Of a stretch of DNA of 36,216 bases, positions 1 to 14,713 are shown piece by piece; position 1 is the first letter of the stretch, and the number at the start of each line of letters is the position of its first letter. The notes under the pieces are model-generated. The model was not told the origin of the DNA and ran no database searches. It was given only the letters and a program-made list of their open reading frames with translations. Origin of the DNA: Callorhinchus milii (lineage: Eukaryota); assembly GCF_018977255.1 (NCBI RefSeq), contig NW_024705533.1, positions 1 through 36,216 on the forward strand. The letters run 5' to 3'. A program made the translations under genes and the position numbers.

Positions 1-811
1 CATCCGCACCACAACTGGCACCGCCTTCCATCACCTCCGGAATATCGCCAGACTACGGCACTACCTCACCCCTCACGCTGCTGAAACCCTGGTTCACGCC
101 TTTGTCACCTCAAGGCTGGACTATGGGAACTCTCTCCTCGCCGGCCTTCCCGCCCCTCCCTCCACAAGCTGCAGGTCATTCAGAACTCTGCAGCTCGTGT
201 ACTGTCCCGCACCAGGCGACCACATCACTCCTACCCTCGCTCGCCTCCACTGGCTCCCCATCCCCCAGAGGATTGATTTCAAGATCCTCATCCTCACCTA
301 CAAGGCCATTCACGGCCTTGCTCCCTCCTACCTCTCCAACCTACTATCCCCCTACCTACCTGCCCGTACCCTCCGTTCCTCTGGCTCCGGTCTGCTCCAC
401 GTCCCCCGCCCCAACCGCCCTACTATCGGTGGTCGGGCCTTCAGCCTCTCAGCCCCCAGGCTCTGGAACTCCATCCCCAGTGCCTTCGCCGCTTCCTCCC
501 TTTCCTCCTTCAAGGCCGGTCTCAAAACCTTTCTCTTTGACCGTGCCTTCAGCTCCCCTCTCGACTCTCTTCCTCCTCCTCGCTCCCTCCCTTCCCTCCC
601 CTCACCCTGACCATTTCCCCCCTCCTCTCTCCCTCCCTTCCCTCCCCTCACCCTGACCATTTCCCCCCTCCTCGCTCCCTCCCTTCCCTCCCCTCACCCT
701 GACCATTTCCCCCCAATGCTCGGGTCATGACCCAACTGTGCAGCGCCTTGGGACGTCCTCCTGACGTGAAAGGCGCTCTATAAATGGAATCTTGTTGTTG
801 TTGTTGTTGTT
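1..811 (+). mobile_element. L2-clade LINE, 3' fragment (ORF2 C-terminus, 3' UTR, (TTG)n tail)
   Basis: [39 protein letters not shown]...[17 protein letters not shown]...[10 protein letters not shown]; tail gggacgtcc..gtgaaaggcgc..aaatg then (ttg)n. Confidence 0.9.
575..714 (+). repeat. 46-bp C-rich minisatellite x3 inside the L2 3' UTR
   Basis: ctgaccatttcccccc recurs at 46-bp spacing. Confidence 0.85.
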
Positions 812-870
812 GATGTGAAAAGCCCCACATCAAATGCAAGGATTATTATTATTATAATTGTCAGTCAGGT

Positions 871-1052
871 CCCCAAACCTTGGCTCTCGCCAACCCGCGT
901 CTAATACTCTGTGGAATTAGGTAAAGCAGGAAGCGTCCCTCCAGAGAGAGAGAGAGAGAGAGAAGGCGCTTGCATTCCATTCCAACAACCTATCTCCGAG
1001 ATTTCCAGGTGCAGGTGGGATGTAGGGAATTCTCAGTTGGGTTTGGAGACTC
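871..1052 (+). repeat. Unclassified interspersed repeat, copy A (3' part only)
   Basis: ccttggctctcgccaac...gaattaggta...gcgtccctcca(ga)n...gggtttggagactc, shared with copies at 14300, 30622 and 35128. Confidence 0.8.
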
Positions 1053-1163
1053 ATAATAATAATAATAATTTAAAAATCAGTCAGGTCACCGTGAGCATAA
1101 GACAACAACAACAACTTGCACTTATCCAGCGCCCTCCACGCAGGGTAGCGTCTCAGAGCGCTT

Positions 1164-1485
1164 TGCAAGTGAGAGACCCGAGTTCAATCCCCGGCAGGTC
1201 AGGGCCAAACCTTGGGCAAGTTTCCTTACTCCACACAGAGCCTAATAATAATCCTCCAAACCCAAAAACAATAATAAATTGGTCATTTTCAATCTACGAC
1301 TGTTTGTGGGACATTGCTGTGCGCCATTGGCTGCCGCGTTCGCCCACAAATATACAGTCAATTCACTTTACAGTGTGTTCTGTGAAGCGCTTTGGGACGT
1401 CCTCCCGACGTGAAAAGCGCTATATCAAATGCAAGGATTATTATTATTATTATTGTTATTATTATTATTGTTATTATTATTATTA
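1164..1485 (+). mobile_element. tRNA-derived SINE, short young subfamily, 5'-truncated, flanked by a 42-bp duplication
   Basis: B-box gttcaatccc, body tgtgggacattgctgtgcgc..ggctgccgcg, L2-like tail and (TTA)n; flanks 1122-1163 and 1486-1527. Confidence 0.9.
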
Positions 1486-1590
1486 TTATCCGGCGCCCTC
1501 CACGCAGGGTAGCGTCTCAGAGCGCTTAAGGACGGGGGTGAAATTCCCACAATCACACTTTGCAATCCAGCCGGACGCTCCATCTTGCTT

Positions 1591-1885
1591 CCCTTGACCG
1601 GTTGCCAAGGTAACTGCCCATCTGGTCCCTTTACCGTTGCTAGGGGCAACTGTCCATCTCGTCCCAGACCGGTTGCCAAGGTAACTGCCCATCTGGTCCT
1701 TTGGAACGTTGCTAGGGGCAACTGTCCATCTCACCCCTTGATCGTTGCTGGGGCAACTGTCCACCGAGCATCCCACGGCCGGTTGCCAAGATGGGTAACT
1801 TACCCCTGGTTGCCCCTGGCAACCGGTCAAGGGACAAGAGGGCTAACTTCCCCCTCTGGTCCCTCGACCGGTTGCCAGGGGCAAC
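1591..1885. promoter_or_regulatory. Tandem array (about 36-bp period) of RFX X-box-like palindromes
   Basis: GTTGCY-N(2-3)-GGYAAC at 1601, 1636, 1672, 1708, 1744, 1809 and 1871, plus a long-spacer variant at 1782. Confidence 0.6.
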
Positions 1886-2617
1886 GGCGTCTGACTCTCA
1901 TCACACGCCGAAACTCAACGTAATGACGTCGTGGTAAGCGGTCGGACCATTCCATTCCAGGGAAAAGAGAACATGAGCAACTCCCCTATTCCGGTGGGGG
2001 CTCGTATTCACATGTGCCACTTACATCGTTGTTTGCATCTAAATCATCATTATATTTCACATAAAGATTGTGGATAATGAACACCCTTAACCTTGTGCTT
2101 GTTGGCCACACCTTACGTTTACAGTCTCCCTCCCCCTCTTGCAGATAGTACACCCCACATTTGACGCATTGCGGGTAGGGACCAGCCAATCACAGCGCGT
2201 CTCTTGCCCGGCCGCTGCACTGTGACCAATCACAAGCCGTGTCTCAAGCCGCCGCCAACGGCAGATTTTTTTCAAACAGAAAACCGTTACCGCCGCCTCA
2301 CGGCCGACGCAACGTCTGTACCCATGCGCGCTGCGTGAGAGGGGGGGAAGAAAGAAAAGAATCCCAACCCCCATTCGCACTTTTAGCCCTTTCGGGAGCG
2401 GTAAATGCGTCGGTTTGGGAGTCGGGCGGGGAGGGTATGCGTCACGGGATAATGCAGCTGGGTTTTGGGGTGTGCGCGAGGGCAGGGTGGGGTTCGGGTG
2501 TGGGCGGCGGAGGGATACGGTGCGGTGAGGCGGCGGCGGAGCGAGCGGGAACGGACCGTCATCTCCATAGCAACCGTGAGGAGCTGCGGCGGCGGAGGCG
2601 ACCGACACGACGACATC

Positions 2618-6911
<4,294 letters not shown>

Positions 6912-7413
6912 AGAGTTCTTTAAGACAGACACCTGTATGTTCCTCCTTTCAAACAGTCTCTCTAAACTTTACTGCGAATATGTTTTTTTCCCCCCAAAAA
7001 AATAATTTTGCTAATTTCTAAATAATCTGTAACTGGATCTAGTTTTGGGGAAAAAAGGAGAGAGGAAAAAAAATTATACTTTTCAACAAAACTTGCATGA
7101 AAACAGTTGGGAGTCTGGATTCTAACGAGATCCGATGGGATGGTAGGAGAGGGAAAAATGTAAATGAAAAGCAAATAATAGAATGTTGGAGGGAGCTTAG
7201 CGTGAAACTAACGGGGTAAAATGCTTCCAGTCTATTGTACGGCCACATGCTTCCTTTGCACGTGTTCGTTTATATATACTACATATATATATAATATATA
7301 AAAAGAGACAAAGTACATGTTTTGAGGTCCCATTGCAGGGTTTGTGTTGATGGTCGCAGTTTACTGGTTTCTGTTTTTCACGGTGTTGTCTGTTGATGTT
7401 TCTTTAAGACCGT

Positions 7414-7740
7414 GAGAATTTGCTGGGTGAAAGAAGACAAAGGTCTATCCAGTTCGCTTTCCACTATCCTGGCAGTCGCTTGACACGTATCCCAAACTAT
7501 ATTTACAGTATGTCCTGTGAAGCACTTTGAGACATCTCGAAGATATGATAAGGCATTATATCAAATGCAAGGATTATTATTATTGTTATATACTGTATCC
7601 CGAGACATTATTTCCCAACAGAAATCTATCTCATTTGGTCTTGAAACAACACTCTTTCCTTCCACTGCGTGGCTCTCTAGGGAGCCTGTTCTATACGTTT
7701 ACTACTCGCTGAATGAAGTAGTGTTTCTGCAGATTTAATT
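7414..7740 (-). mobile_element. Degraded CR1-like LINE 3' end, interrupted by a SINE tail (7500-7586, +)
   Basis: Aligns with 12456-12580 and 13122-13207 (gctttccactatcctggcagtcg; tatactgtatccc; agggagcctgttc). Confidence 0.55.
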
Positions 7741-8544
7741 ATTGGACAAAAGGAAAGAAATTTTCTCCTTTGCGTTTATTAAAAAAAGTTTTGACTTCAC
7801 AACTGAAAAAGGGCAATCTTGGGCGATTTTATGGCTGTAATGTGCAGCCACCGTGCTTGCGATTTCGCGCGTTAGAATCTTTTCCGATCCCTTCTGGTCA
7901 CCTCGAGGAGTATATGTAGAGGAGAACAGGTCGGAAGAACATCAGCAACTTGCATTTATATAGCACCCTTCACGCGGGTTAGCCTCCCGGGTGCCTCACG
8001 GTGACGGAGTCTGACAAGAACCCGATGCCAAGCAGTGAGTTGCCAGAATTGAGTCTGTTGAGAGGAATTGAGTGCCAAAGGTTGTGGTTGGGATATTTGG
8101 GTGTTCTTGTGACATCCTTTGTCCTTCGAAACATGTAGCTTTCTCGTTCCCGTTTGACCACAGCAGCAAGACCAGGCTCGTGATAAAACTACATGTCTTC
8201 TAATCGGCCCCAACAGTCCCTCTGCTCCATCGTGTTTAGTCAAGTCTTCAACCACCAAACAATCCCTTGTTCTCGGGAGCTTGCTTGCAAACCCGCTCCG
8301 CCTCGTTCGCTCGCTATCTCTCTCTCTCTCTCCCGGCCTGCCTTCCAAACTCTCCCCCAAACATCTCTCTCTCTCTGACCGTGTCTTTGGTAACATCTTT
8401 AACTCTTTCACCCCCCTGCTACTTGTCCAGTGCTACATCTGTCCAGCGCTTGAGACGTCCCTTTACATGAGAGGCGCTGTGTAAATGCAAATCGGAGTTC
8501 TCTCAGCGCAGCACGCATGTACTGACCCCTGAAGTTTAACCAGG

Positions 8545-8696
8545 TCTTATCACGTCTTGAGACGTCTCAAATCACTTCGCAGGATATACTGTAAAGCATA
8601 GTGACTGTGTACTTTGTGGGAGAAACTCAGCAGCCAATTGCGCACAGTAGTGCCCTCACAAACAGTGGTTGGATTGAGTGACTAAATTATTATTAT
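8545..8696 (-). mobile_element. SINE 3' half, antisense, in the putative calmodulin 3' UTR
   Basis: Reverse complement of the SINE body and tail. Confidence 0.85.
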
Positions 8697-9158
8697 GGAG
8701 TTCCAGAGAACGGGGGCAGATAGGCTTAAAGCCCAGCCACCAACGGTGTGTGATAAAAGTAATAATAATAATATTATGTGGCCAAATTGCACTTAGCAGA
8801 AGGACTCGTGTGAGTTGGGTGGGTGGGGGGAGTGGGAAGGATGGGTTTAGGTCTGAATGCAGCCTGCTAGTGTGGCACATATTGTACCCCCTATATAGTG
8901 TTCGGTGTATATTATATTGTGTACTTGCTGCTGTTATCATTGGCAGGTGTGAGCGCTTTGTTTTTTGAACAGACGTCAATCTCTCATGCTCTTTAATCTG
9001 CAAATAAGTTGTGAATGAGTGCGCGTGTGTGTATGTAAACGTGTGTGTGTGTGTGTGTGTATATACATGCATGTGCGTATGAGCAGAATCTTAACGGCCG
9101 CGATTTAAGGCGTTTTGCAGTGACCTCCCTTCTAAGTTGTCACGTTTCAGTGTTTTCC

Positions 9159-9164
9159 AATAAA
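9159..9164 (+). terminator. Candidate poly(A) signal of the calmodulin mRNA (about 2.25-kb 3' UTR)
   Basis: First AATAAA I could find after the stop. It sits in non-repeat sequence and is followed by a TG-rich stretch. Other candidates: ATTAAA 7778, AATAAA 11825 and 12326. Confidence 0.5.
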
Positions 9165-11350
9165 ACTTGCTGATTATCTCTGGCTGTGTGAATGGTGCTT
9201 GTAAGCTCACTGCATGGGGATTTGCGCGTACACTTCTCCCCCCACTTCTCTCGCCATTTCCCCCACCCCCCCCCCACCCCAACCCCCTTACGCCCCCAAG
9301 CTCTTGGCTCTGTTGTTAATAGAATCACCCACATGATGCAAACGTGGAGAGGTAAGGGTGAGGTGAATAGGAGAGGGGTGGTGGCACGGGCAGAGTATAA
9401 TCACTATACGGACTAGTTGGGCAATGTGGGAATCTAATCTGGGTCCTCTCGCTTGCAAGGCGAGCATGCTAACCACTCCACTGCATTATTATATATTAAA
9501 TACATAGGAACCAAGGGCACTGAGGCCAACAACTGCACTGTTCTCAGATGACTAACCTACCCAGACTGATGGAACAGTCACGTACTCCACTCTAACACTG
9601 AAATAATACATCCCCTCCCACCTCATTTCCCTCGGCTGGTTGGAGGGGTGCGACTTTGCAGCACTTGAGACTACAGTTTTGCAGAGCAGCCACACGGACT
9701 GATAAACTTGTGGTTGTTTAACATTGAGCAGTTTGAACTTTGGTGGACAGAAAAAATAATTTGGTTGCTTGGTGAGTATTCGGAAAAGCCACAATGCAGC
9801 TTCCCCTCCTGTGTGTGGGCTTGTGTGCGTGTTGTACACATGATAAGCGTGTGTGTGATCTGAAACCTTTTTTTGAAGGGATTATTATCCCTGGAAAGCG
9901 TCCCGCCAATCAACTAACAACAAGAAGATTTTAGATTCCTACTTACTGCTAGGTAAACAGGTGTGTGTGGTGTAAGGCAACTTGCCTATGGTTTTGTCCT
10001 GACCTGACCCGCCCGGGAATGGGCGAGCTCTCCATCCACTGCGGTAGATCACTCCACATACACTCAATGTCTTCTGTCTCCCATGTGCGGTGCAGAAATA
10101 ACCCACCCCCTGTCCGGACGTCACTCTCCGGCAATTCATTGCATAACAGAGAAGAAAACAGTCGTTGATGTTCTATTTTCTCATCCCTGGGTTTGTGCTT
10201 ATCTCTCGTTCCTGTCTCCCTCCGTTTCTTTCAGTTTCTCAACCGTTTGTATAGCCGCATTGACGTCAGGAAGATGAGTCAACTCACTTCACAGTGATGA
10301 CTGAGGGGGAAAGTTATAATGATAATCCTGACATTTGAGATAGCGCCTCATCACGTCATTGAGACGTCTCAAAGCGCTTCACAGAACATACTGTAAAGTG
10401 TTGTGACTGTATATTTTGTGGCCGAAACGCGGCAGCCAATTGTGCACAGCGACGTCCTGCAAATAATGTATATATTTTTGAGAGGATTATTAAAAAATAA
10501 CAATAATAATAATCCCTTTAATACTCAATCCATAACTGTTTGTGAGACACAGCTGTGCGCAAAACTTTACAACAACAACAAAATATAGCGCCTTTCACAA
10601 TCAGTGTTTCGGACCTGAGCTGGGGGTTTGGGGATCGGGGAGGGTGGAGGGTGATGGAAGGCACGGTCAAAGAGGAGGGTCTTGAGACGGGTCTTGAAGG
10701 AGGCAAGGGAGGGGGTGAGGCGGAGGGACTGCAGGATGGAGTTCCAGAGGGATGGGGGGGCAGAGTGGCAGAAGTGACTTTACAGTGTATCCTGTGAAGC
10801 GCTTTGGGACGTCTTGAAGACGTGATAAGGCGCTGTATCAAATAACAAGGATTATTAATATTATTTGTCTGTTTTCTGTTGCTGTTGTTGTTGCTCCTCT
10901 CACTCCTCTCTCTCTCTCTTGTTTGTTCGCACGCGTGTGTGGGATTAATGGCACGGGACTTGTCTGCCTCGGGCTTCCTTTCTACTGTCCGCTGACTGGG
11001 CTCGGGTCCCAGACCTCTGTAAGCTAAAACTGGGGCTTGTCACAAAGGACGTCAGAGAGAGGCCAGTGCGTCTGTGCCAACACGACCGATTTTTTTTTCT
11101 CTAGCGATGCGATGCTGTGAAATTGTGTGGTGTGTGTTGGTGTGCGCCTGGCTGCCAACCTCGTCAGTCTCACATCTGGAACCATTTGAATCCCAGTGGA
11201 AAGGCATCTTGTTTTTCTAGCTCCTTAAACCCAGCTGTGGCACTCCCAGCTGTGTCTGAAAATGAGCGATATGTGCCAGGTCGGTTTATACAATGGAGTG
11301 GAGGATAACGAGGTGCGAGCGCTCATGGTAAGCTGTTTGCAGGGTCCCAT

Positions 11351-11737
11351 GGATGCCTGTAGTGTAGTGGTTAGAGCACTAGTCTCACAAGCCAGCGAGA
11401 GGACCCGGTTCGATTCCCGTCTGGACGCGACAGGTCAGGGCAAAACCTTAGGCAAGTTTCCTTACTTCACAACACACACACCTCTGTTTACCAGCAGTAA
11501 GCAGGAACCCGCTTGTTAGTCGATTGGTGGATCGCTTTCCCGGGGGTAATAACCCCTACAAAAAAAAATACTGTAATAATAATAATTTGGTCACTCAATC
11601 CACGCCTTTGTGGGACGCTGATGTGCACAATTTGCCGCATTTCGCCCATGAAACACACAGTGAATCCTGTGAAGTGATTCGAGACGTCTCGACGATGTGA
11701 CGAGGCGGTGTGTTAAATGCAAGGATTATTATTATTA
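11351..11737 (+). mobile_element. tRNA-derived SINE, long subfamily, full length
   Basis: A/B boxes, central cctctgtttaccagcagtaagcaggaaccc segment, tail. Confidence 0.9.
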
Positions 11738-12593
11738 TATAACTGACGCTGAGAAGGAGTCAAAAGCCCACCCATGAGAAGGGGAGAAGACTAGTGAAAG
11801 CGGGTAAATACATATAATATGCCCAATAAACGTGGCCCCAAATTAGTTGACATGAAACTTGCTGATTGATCGATGATTGATTTAAAAATCTACAGCATCT
11901 TGGTGTTCCTGCTGTTACACATCTCAGACTGTGGGTGACACTGTCCGTACAGATACAGCATTGTAATAATAATAATCCTTGCGTTTGATATAGCTGTGCA
12001 GACTTGCTCACTGTTGTTAATGGGAGGCTTGTGTTTTTCCGCAGGAAATAATAATAATCCTCGTATTTGATACAGCGCTTCAACAGGATACGCTGCAAAG
12101 TGCTGGTAAACAGAGGATTGTGTGTGTGTGTGTGTGTGTTAGGAAACTTACCTAAAGTTTTGCCCTGATCTGACCCGGGTCCTCTCGCTTGTGAGGTGAG
12201 CGCTCTAACCACTATGTTATCAGGCTATATACAATGGGTGTAGTGAGAAGGGGATGGTATGTTGGGGCGTGCCAGGGCAGGTGCTCTTAGTTGGCATCTG
12301 ATGTCTGGCACAATGTCAACAAACCAATAAAACCACAACAAATGCTGAAATGATCTGCCATTTATTTATTTATTTATTTATTTGCTCACGTCAATGCAAT
12401 TCCTAATCTCCAGTTTCAAAAGCCACAGAGTCAAAGCCGTTGTTTAAGAATAATAAGAATTTGCTAGACAAAAGAAGACCAAGGTCCATCTGGTTTGCTT
12501 TCCACTATCCTGGCAGTCGTCTGACATGTCGTGTTCCAAACTATATACTGTATCCCCAGATATTATTTCCTAACAGAAATTAAAATTAAATTA

Positions 12594-13122
12594 AGGATTG
12601 TTCTCCTTAGAGCAGAGGAGGTCGAGGGGAGATTTAATAGAGATGTTGAAAATTATGAGGGGNTTTTGATAGAGTAGATAGGGGAGAAACTGTTTACTTT
12701 GGTGGGTGGGTCGGCAATCATGGGACATAGATTTAAGATAATTGGCCAAAGAACCAGTGGGGAGACCAGACGAGGAGCCCTTTTTTTACCCAGAGAGTTG
12801 TTACGGTCTGGAACACATGGCATGAAAGGGTTGTAGAAGCAGATTCAATAGTAGCTTTCAAATTGGAATTGGATAGGGACTAGAAAAGGTGGAATTTGCT
12901 GCGCTATGGGGTAAGAGCGGAGAAATGGGACTAGTTGGGGTAAGGGAAGGGGAGTGGAGTTAGTTGGGGGTAAGAGCAGAGGGATGGGACTAGTTGGGGT
13001 AAGGGTGGGGGAGTGGGGCTAGTTGGGTGAAGAGCGGTGGAGCGGGATTAGTTGGTAGCTGCTTCAAAGAGCCAGGTAGGCATGGTGGGCCGAATGGCCT
13101 CCTTCTGTGATTCCATTCTATG
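12594..13122 (+). mobile_element. CR1 LINE 3' fragment nested in an antisense CR1-like remnant
   Basis: Degenerate GLFSLEQRRSRGDLIEMLKIMRG; 3' UTR with about 31-bp G-rich tandem units; gggccgaatggcctccttctg hairpin and attctatga tail. Confidence 0.85.
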
Positions 13123-13523
13123 AATCTATCCTATTCTTGAAAGAATCCACACTTCCTGCTTCCACCTTCCCTTTCTGTCTCCCGAGGGAGCCTGTTCCAT
13201 AAGTTTAGGTTGTTTGAAGCTTAGATGTTTGGAGTCTGGGGATGAGTTTAAAGGAGCCAGAGCAGAGAGAGAGCGTAGCATCCGTACTGAAGTGAAGTAC
13301 TTGCAAGGCTAGGATTACCATGCTGTGTGGGAGGCTGTAGAGATTCAGCGAATCTCAGAAAAAATTCAATCTGTTGCGGAAAGATGATCTGCACTTTAAG
13401 CAAAACAGCCGTCATTGAGCTTGGCATCATGTTGTGTAAATGCCAAGTTCTTAAGACCTTCCTCTTCGGTCACCATCCTCTCCCCCCACCCAGCTCGGCT
13501 TCGGGCTTCGTTACTGTTAAGTA

Positions 13524-13844
13524 GAGTCCTGTAGCGTAGTGGTTAGAGCAGTCGCCTCGCAAGCGAGAGGACCTGGGTTTGACTTGACCGGGACAGGTTA
13601 GGGTGAAACCTTAGCTAAGTTTCCTTGCTCCCCACACACACCTCTGTTTACCTAGCAGTTAGTAGGAACCCGGTTGTTCGCTCGATCCATGACAGTTTGT
13701 GGGACACCGCTGTGCGCAATTGGCTGCCGTGTTTTGCCCATAAATTACACAGTAAATCCACTTAACAGTGTATCCTGTGAAGCGCTTTGAGACGTCCCAA
13801 CGATGTGATAAGGTGCTGCATCAAATGCAAGGATTATTATCATT
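13524..13844 (+). mobile_element. tRNA-derived SINE, followed by an antisense SINE fragment (13885-14000)
   Basis: gagtcctgtagcgtagtggttagagc head through tail. Confidence 0.9.
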
Positions 13845-14299
13845 CTGTACGCGGGACCTTGCTGTACACAAAACAGCCAACAGAAACAATAACAATAATC
13901 CTTGCATTTGATATCATGCCTTATCATGTCTTCGAAACGTCTCAAAGCGTAGTAATCACAGAGTATACTGTAAAATGTAGTGACTGTGCATTTTATGGGC
14001 AAAATACCTAACAACACTTAGTAATTACCTATGTTTTGACGTGATAAGATGCTACAAATATACATATATAAAAGCTTGTTTCTCTCTCCCACTGATGACT
14101 GTCTGCTGGAATAATCCATTTTGGAATCATATTAAGTTCTAACAATGTCTCACTTCCTCCGCATCGCACAGGTTCTGACTCACAATAACTGGCTTAGCTA
14201 ATAGTGAGCCTGACGCAATTGTTGGCCGGGGATTCAATCAAAGTCCAGGCCTCTCGCACTCTCACTTCACTCCTAAAATTATTAATATATAATAATTAT

Positions 14300-14713
14300 C
14301 CAGTGACTGGGGGCAGGGAATCCTCCCCCTCAGCTCCTGTTAACCCCACAGCCAAAGCCCTAACTAACTAACTAACTAACGGGGAGGGGTTCGTAGCGGG
14401 ACAAGCAGCGGGAAAGCTTGGCCAGACAGCGCTCGCTCTCTCTCTCTTTCTCTCTCTCTCTCTCGATGGCTGAGCTGTGTGTGGGTTTAGTTGGTTAGAC
14501 TCCAGCAGTTACCCCAACGCACACTCTGGGCTCCCCCCGTCCCGTCCCCCCCAAGCCGTGGCTCTTGCCAACATATGCCTAATGTTCTCCGGAATTAGGT
14601 AGGCAGGGGGCGTCCCTCCAGAGAGAGAGAGAGAGAGAGAGAGCGACTTCCATTCAACAATCTAACTCGGGGATTTCCACGTGTAGGGGGGGATGCATTA
14701 AAATCTCAGTTTG
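14300..14713 (+). repeat. Unclassified interspersed repeat, copy B
   Basis: gggaatcctccccctcagctcc..(ctaa)n..(ct)n..gatggctgagctgtgtgtgggtttagttggttag..(ga)n. Confidence 0.85.

Noticed and set aside
911..1597. 228-aa ORF and the recurring peptide [40 protein letters not shown] (also 17369-17755, 33335-33658 and others)
   Set aside because: Chance translation of SINE copies; the poly-Y/N/I runs come from the (TTA)n tail.
1591..1885. CRISPR-like look of regularly spaced palindromic repeats
   Set aside because: Vertebrate context, the linkers resemble each other rather than being unique spacers, and there are no cas genes.
12663..12663. Ambiguous base n (another at 31764)
   Set aside because: Assembly ambiguity outside coding sequence.
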